In this document: one piece after another, positions 58,907 through 64,000 of the stretch
Position numbering within the stretch: position 1 is the stretch's first letter
Layout of the letters: each line of letters opens with the position of its first letter
Source: a virus
Virus record (IMG/VR): IMGVR_UViG_3300032294_002877
Coordinates: 116,461-180,460 of that record
Length of the DNA stretch: 64,000 nucleotides
Strand: one strand, 5' to 3'
Notes under the pieces: model-generated
The model's database searches: none
The model's input: only the letters and a program-made list of their open reading frames with translations
Told to the model about the DNA's origin: nothing
Made by a program: the position numbers and the translations under genes

Positions 58907-59530
58907 TTAGAATAATATTGTGTTTAAGAATGTAATATTTCCATTAAATGTTGTATTATCTATAGTAAATGATAATCTCTTATTCTCAAAAATTGGTCCA
59001 TTATAAATTAATTGACCATAATTATTATTTCCATATACAATATTAGATACACTAGGCAGACTATTATTTGGAATAAGACTTACTTGATTCGATACTATGC
59101 TTATAACAGCCCCATTTTGAGAATCTGACTGTGGAATAAATCTTAAAATAGTATTATTATCTAGGTTAAAAGTCCAATTGTTTGCACTGTTAAGAACTAT
59201 AGATCCTGCTGGCGTTGGAGTTGGTGTGCGTGTTGGAGTGGTTGTGGGTGTCGCTGTCAGCGTTACAGACGGTGTTACTGTACTAGTAGGTGTAGGAGTT
59301 GGAGTAACACTAGTTTGAGTTATAGTTGGTGTTGGTGTTATTGTACAAGTTTGAGTGGGTGTTACTGTGGAGGTTATCGTTGGTGTTGGGGTTAGTGTTT
59401 TTGTTGGAGTAACTGTGGGGGTAACAGGAGGGATGCATTCTATAGATAAGATATCTTCTGCGAGCCTACAATTCGAGTTATCAACAGCATGCTCTAACAG
59501 TGTTATTTTAAATAGAAGAAAGTCGCTCAT
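58907..59530 (-). CDS. PT-linker virion accessory protein (207 aa)
   Basis: Central Pro/Thr tract and beta-rich C-terminus. Confidence 0.75.
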   Translation of the reverse strand: MSDFLLFKITLLEHAVDNSNCRLAEDILSIECIPPVTPTVTPTKTLTPTPTITSTVTPTQTCTITPTPTITQTSVTPTPTPTSTVTPSVTLTATPTTTPTRTPTPTPAGSIVLNSANNWTFNLDNNTILRFIPQSDSQNGAVISIVSNQVSLIPNNSLPSVSNIVYGNNNYGQLIYNGPIFENKRLSFTIDNTTFNGNITFLNTILF

Positions 59531-59546
59531 ATTAGTTCCCTATAAT

Positions 59547-62500
59547 TTATACCCCGGAAGATGGAGTAACAGTTGGTGTGGGTGTTGGAGTTAATGTTTT
59601 TGTTGGTGTAACAGTCAATGTAGGCGATGGAGTTGGAGTGATAGTGGTGAATGTTCTTATTGGACATTCTAATGAGTATTCCCAAGCTGTACCTTCAAGA
59701 GGAGCATCCACAACTACCTTGACATAAATACTACCATCAGGTTTATCGATTTGAACAACTCCGCTACCAACCCCACTAACACTAAGCTCTGGAAAAGAAT
59801 AACCTTGTCCTCTATACCAAGTATCATGTAACAGTACTTCTGGTCTTCTAGAGTCCAACGGAACCGAGAATACCATGAATCTGTCCGGTACGGCATACGC
59901 ATCGTATCTAAAGGTCATCGTTCCTGGCCAATATGGCACCTTAATTAAACGAACATCAGTAACATATACCGTTACTTGTCTGCCTAAAGGTATATTTTCA
60001 GTTAAAGAATTATTCAGAGTAATCTTCTTATATACTATTCTGTCATTAAAATTAGCAAAGAAATTTTCTATTTTTGTTACGTGAGAACCGCGAGGTATTC
60101 CATTAGCAAGAACAACGGAATATACATCTAGTCCTGGAACATTTTCTACTATAACATAGTTTTGACCAGATACTGCATCTTGTATTGTGTTAGTAAAAGT
60201 AATCGTATTAACCCCACCAGCACTTTGTAAAGAATTACATCTTACCGCTTCTGAGGCAGATGGAGTTATTGTTGGTGTTGGGGTAGGCGATGGCGATGGT
60301 TCTGGTCCAACAATTTCTAGAAAATTATTGTTATTAAATTCTACATATATAGAATCCGTTTGTCCTGTCCCGGTTAGAGTTTGTAATCCTGATGGAGAAT
60401 CGGTAAATCCATATCCGGGATCGGTTAATACTATTGCTAAATCAGTAAAATTATTAGCGTTAAAACTTACTCCAGCAATCGTATCTCCTCCTAGTTTGGT
60501 TAATGTGGGCGATGACGTATATCCACACCCAGCATTAAGAACAACAAACGATACTACAGATCCATTATTAGTCTCTGTGATCTTGATTCTACCTCCAGAT
60601 CCTCCTCCTCCTTCAGCTATAAGCTCTTCGCCCATAGTAAATGTAGACTTGCCTATTAAGCCAATAACAGAATTATATGTTATGCCTCCCTCGCAAGGAA
60701 TAGTAAAGTTATCATCATTAAATGATGCGGTAGCTCCCGATCCGTTTCCACTCTTGACTACAAATCCAGTTGGAGCAGTTGTATATCCTGATCCGCTGTT
60801 TATAACAATATAAGCATAACCACTATACTTATTAAAATCAAACGATGATGATAATCCTGAGCCATCTCCATTACTAGAAATAACGCCTGCGGGCTCTCCA
60901 ACATATCCACAACCTTGTGTTATAACAATATAGCTATTTTTTGTATATCTGCTAATATTCCAAGTAGGTTGAGAACTTATAGGTTGTTGATTTTCGCCAA
61001 ATAACTGAGGAGCAGAATAGTACCCTGATCCGCCGTTCAACACTTCATACCCTGTTATAACACCATTAGTAGTAGAAGTAACTTGTATAACACCACCCGT
61101 CCCTCCTCCTCCTACAACAATTAGCCTATCTCCTATTGTAAATCCATTAGAGCTATTAGTTAATCCACTTATACTAGCTTTGGTTATCGATCCCTTTGAT
61201 GTTATAGAAAAATTATTAGCATTACCACCAAAAGATGGAGAGATTCCAGTACCTAATATATTAGATATTCCTGTAGGAGCAGAGGTGAACCCGTATCCGG
61301 GATTTATAATCTCAAAACTGGATATGGCTCCTGATACTCCTGTAGACGCTATTTGTATCACCGTATCACTACCGCCACCGCCTAATGTGGATAAGAGATC
61401 TCCAACTTGATATCCTGTTCCTCCGCTTAGAGTTATCGATGTAGGGGTCAAGGATCCGGTTAGTACTTTGACTTGGGCTCCTTCTCCTCCTCCTCCTACT
61501 ACATTTAGAATTTCACCGATATTATATCCATTTCCCCCATATAAATTAATAGAGTCATTAGTAATAGCTCCTTTGCATGGTATGCTAAAATTATCAGCAT
61601 TAAATATAGCAGTAGCGCATGAGCCATTTCCAGCTATTGAAGTTACGGATGTGGGAGTATTAGTATAACCATAACCAGGATTAATAACATTGTACGATAA
61701 AATACTTCCATTAACTCCTGTTGCAGTTACACTGATTAGTGCATCTTTGCCTCCTCCTCCTCCGATAGTTGTCAAAAGGTCACCAATATTAAACCCGGCG
61801 CATCCTGTCAATGATGTTATAGAGTTATTTGTTATGCCTCCAGATGTTAATTTTATTAGACCATCTTTTCCTCCCCCTCCTGTAATCTCTATAAAATCAT
61901 TAATATTGAATCCAGATCCTCCAACCAAACTACTAATAGTACTCTGAGTAATACCTCCAGATAATATTTCTATTTGTGTTCCATAACCTCCTCCTCCGGT
62001 GGTTGTTAGTGTATCTCCTATACTAAATCCTTGACCGCCATACAACGAAGATATACTGTCTATAGTTAAGCCTCTTTTAGAGCATTTCTTGAATACTGGA
62101 ATATCTCCAACAACACAATCTACTCCTGTTGGAAGCACAACATCACACGGATTAGTTTGATAACATTTCAATAAAACAGGTTGGCTGTATCTTACTATGC
62201 CAGTACTGATTTCTGTAGCTTTGGAATGAACAAAAACATAAGGATATCCTGTTAATGCAACTTGAGAATTAATATTTTGATTCACATCACCAGCATATAC
62301 CGTTCCGCGTTTATTATCAAAAACTAAGCCTCCAGCAGGATTATCAAAAAATTCATAATCGTACTGTCTTCCGATTACAGCGTCTCTAATTACGCTGACC
62401 AAAGGAAAAGTATTAGCACAGCTACCAACGTCTATCACATTGTCAGGAGGTAATGGTTGAAGATCGGGGTCTAGTATTTCTAAACGAAATGTAGGTTTAT

Positions 62501-62885
62501 CTAGTCCGCATATTAGATTAATTTGAGTAGATGCTGTTGCAGTAGTTCCCTCCGTTATATCTCTTATTGTTGCTTTTAAAATATAATTATTAACAGTATT
62601 TATGGAAGCAAAAGGCAGCTTAGCGGATGTCACAAGATTTTGGGTAGAAAAAGAAGCATATAAATCTGATACTGACGGATTAAAAACGTTTTGTGTTGTC
62701 GCCGGACTAACTAATTCGTATGTAGTTCTATAAGCATGTCCCGGAATAAGATTTTGGGCTAATAAAGCTACGATAAAACCATCCCCAGCACAATTGGTAC
62801 TGTCTAATTGTACCGTGCCGGCGTTTAAATCTTGATCTGGTAAATAGTGTCTAAAATCAAATTTAATAGAAATTGGAGATGGCAT
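59547..62885 (-). CDS. Gly-rich repeat tail/baseplate-type fibre protein (1112 aa)
   Basis: About 7 G[FY]x[IV]GDxLxxxGGGG repeats and about 7 xNxGxG[YF]TxxP repeats; C-terminal YDAYAVPDRF...GTAWEYSLECP module; PT tracts. Confidence 0.8.
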   Translation of the reverse strand: MPSPISIKFDFRHYLPDQDLNAGTVQLDSTNCAGDGFIVALLAQNLIPGHAYRTTYELVSPATTQNVFNPSVSDLYASFSTQNLVTSAKLPFASINTVNNYILKATIRDITEGTTATASTQINLICGLDKPTFRLEILDPDLQPLPPDNVIDVGSCANTFPLVSVIRDAVIGRQYDYEFFDNPAGGLVFDNKRGTVYAGDVNQNINSQVALTGYPYVFVHSKATEISTGIVRYSQPVLLKCYQTNPCDVVLPTGVDCVVGDIPVFKKCSKRGLTIDSISSLYGGQGFSIGDTLTTTGGGGYGTQIEILSGGITQSTISSLVGGSGFNINDFIEITGGGGKDGLIKLTSGGITNNSITSLTGCAGFNIGDLLTTIGGGGGKDALISVTATGVNGSILSYNVINPGYGYTNTPTSVTSIAGNGSCATAIFNADNFSIPCKGAITNDSINLYGGNGYNIGEILNVVGGGGEGAQVKVLTGSLTPTSITLSGGTGYQVGDLLSTLGGGGSDTVIQIASTGVSGAISSFEIINPGYGFTSAPTGISNILGTGISPSFGGNANNFSITSKGSITKASISGLTNSSNGFTIGDRLIVVGGGGTGGVIQVTSTTNGVITGYEVLNGGSGYYSAPQLFGENQQPISSQPTWNISRYTKNSYIVITQGCGYVGEPAGVISSNGDGSGLSSSFDFNKYSGYAYIVINSGSGYTTAPTGFVVKSGNGSGATASFNDDNFTIPCEGGITYNSVIGLIGKSTFTMGEELIAEGGGGSGGRIKITETNNGSVVSFVVLNAGCGYTSSPTLTKLGGDTIAGVSFNANNFTDLAIVLTDPGYGFTDSPSGLQTLTGTGQTDSIYVEFNNNNFLEIVGPEPSPSPTPTPTITPSASEAVRCNSLQSAGGVNTITFTNTIQDAVSGQNYVIVENVPGLDVYSVVLANGIPRGSHVTKIENFFANFNDRIVYKKITLNNSLTENIPLGRQVTVYVTDVRLIKVPYWPGTMTFRYDAYAVPDRFMVFSVPLDSRRPEVLLHDTWYRGQGYSFPELSVSGVGSGVVQIDKPDGSIYVKVVVDAPLEGTAWEYSLECPIRTFTTITPTPSPTLTVTPTKTLTPTPTPTVTPSSGV
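60330..62060 (-). repeat. Gly-rich tandem protein repeats
   Basis: Alternating GFxIGDxLxxxGGGG and INPGYGFTSAPT-type units. Confidence 0.8.
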
Positions 62886-62937
62886 TATATATCCTTTGTT
62901 ATTTAACTAATACTCTATACACTAAAAATTAAATAGG

Positions 62938-63675
62938 CTAACAATTACCACAACTAAAAGCAGCAGCCGATTGAACCGTATTTGTTCCGTCTGATAGGCC
63001 AAATTCTACAGTATAATTCTTGCAAGATTCTGGCAATGTTATTGTTGTATAAACATAGGTGGGATTTTCCAAAATTGTAATAAAGCCAGACGGATTTGAT
63101 ATTTGCAGATCTGTGCCAACCATATCCGTACCAAAAGAATAGGCATATGTTTGATTAATGTTACCGTATGCTTTCCCTCTGATCAATACCTGATTACAAC
63201 CCGATAACTTATTAACCAGTCTATCAAACGAAGCTCTAAGATTGAATAGCGGCGAAGGAGCCGGAGGTGTCATTGTTGGTGTTAATGTTATGGTTGGAGT
63301 AATAGTTGGTGTTGGAGATGGTGTAGGAGATAAAGGTATACCATCACCACACAAATTTTCACAAACTATTGATTTGTAGTCCTTATAGATCAATTCATTT
63401 GATGAATTATATATTGATAAACTAATTAAATTAGTGCTAGAATTGTCAGATATATTACTTTTGCCAGTAAAAAATGTTACAAAAGAAGGCGATGTCTCAG
63501 AAGGAGTTAAAAAATATCCCGAAGGATTTAGCTTAACAACAGAGGTGTTCGGTATAGAATTAACATTGTCAAATAATATTCTGTATGTTTGGTCTAAAGA
63601 TAAATTTGCACCGCTAAAAAATACCAGAACACCGCTATTGCATCCTGATCCTGAATAGTATAATTTTTCTATCAT
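62938..63675 (-). CDS. two-module PT-linker protein (245 aa)
   Basis: Two related modules separated by [12 protein letters not shown]. Confidence 0.75.
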   Translation of the reverse strand: MIEKLYYSGSGCNSGVLVFFSGANLSLDQTYRILFDNVNSIPNTSVVKLNPSGYFLTPSETSPSFVTFFTGKSNISDNSSTNLISLSIYNSSNELIYKDYKSIVCENLCGDGIPLSPTPSPTPTITPTITLTPTMTPPAPSPLFNLRASFDRLVNKLSGCNQVLIRGKAYGNINQTYAYSFGTDMVGTDLQISNPSGFITILENPTYVYTTITLPESCKNYTVEFGLSDGTNTVQSAAAFSCGNC

Positions 63676-63998
63676 GAGGTGCTCGCGCAGTTAGTACAGC
63701 ATATATTGATTATTTTTTCTGATCGTAGCATTTCTGTGTCTATATTATTAACGCTCAACACCTCGTATATACTTACTTTAAATAAAGAAACGCTTTGTTT
63801 ATCTTTGTCTATATTAATATTTATAGCTGTTGATCTGTCTGATTTGTTTAGCGGTAGTAGCTGAGAAGATACTGGGGACAGTATCGCTGTTGAACCAGTG
63901 ATTAGATCAACAATTCTGCACTGATATCTACGATTAACTAATAGATTACTCACATAAACACTCAGACTATCTCCTCCACAGCAAAAGTTTGTTACATC
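63672..63998 (-). CDS. 3' part of a gene truncated by the window end (module-family member)
   Basis: The frame is open upstream of the ORF-track GTG up to the window edge (DVTNFCCGGDSLSVYVSNLLVNRRY...); its stop overlaps the next ATG. Confidence 0.7.
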   Translation of the reverse strand, partial: DVTNFCCGGDSLSVYVSNLLVNRRYQCRIVDLITGSTAILSPVSSQLLPLNKSDRSTAININIDKDKQSVSLFKVSIYEVLSVNNIDTEMLRSEKIINICCTNCASTS

Positions 63999-64000
63999 AC

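Noticed and set aside
47204-61947. Several + strand Val/Gly-rich or Pro-rich ORFs (e.g. 47316, 55948, 58046, 60187, 61690)
   Set aside because: They are reverse-complement shadows of Pro/Thr and Gly-rich repeats in the - strand genes.
47370-63335. CRISPR array or DNA tandem repeats
   Set aside because: The repetitiveness is at the peptide level inside ORFs; there are no identical repeat-spacer units.
1-64000. tRNA, rRNA, integrase or transposase genes
   Set aside because: Intergenic gaps are mostly under 80 nt with no cloverleaf-like sequence seen, and no ORF shows recombinase or transposase motifs.

Overview
A 64-kb, AT-rich, very gene-dense segment of a large tailed dsDNA bacteriophage genome (inferred; no capsid, portal or terminase gene lies in the window). 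It has two convergent arms. The + arm (1-21790) carries replication and recombination genes: recA/uvsX-like recombinase, DnaB-like helicase, DnaG-like primase, dNMP kinase, PD-(D/E)xK exonuclease, DnaE-type polymerase, DEDDh exonuclease, SSB and a Rad52-like annealase, plus a glycosyltransferase/nucleotidyltransferase cluster. The - arm (21792-64000) carries very large virion/tail-fibre-type proteins built from Ig-like, LamG, RCC1, YVTN, Asp-box, lectin-like and FGE-sulfatase modules joined by Pro/Thr linkers. The strongest unusual signal is at the start of dnaE. The essential PHP motif (YVPLHVHS|HYSLLDG) is interrupted by an 11-nt insert TAGGTGAATCT that begins with a stop codon and has matched Ser codons (TCC before it, TCT as its last 3 nt). 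This is the layout of programmed translational bypassing (ribosome hopping). The polymerase is also split without an intein into two genes, with a proofreading exonuclease between them. Other notable features are three circularly permuted FGE-sulfatase domains, a GDPH autoproteolysis-like motif in an Ig-repeat fibre, nested domain insertions and an unnamed ~60-aa module repeated across five late genes. All functional calls come from motif recognition by eye; no searches were run.
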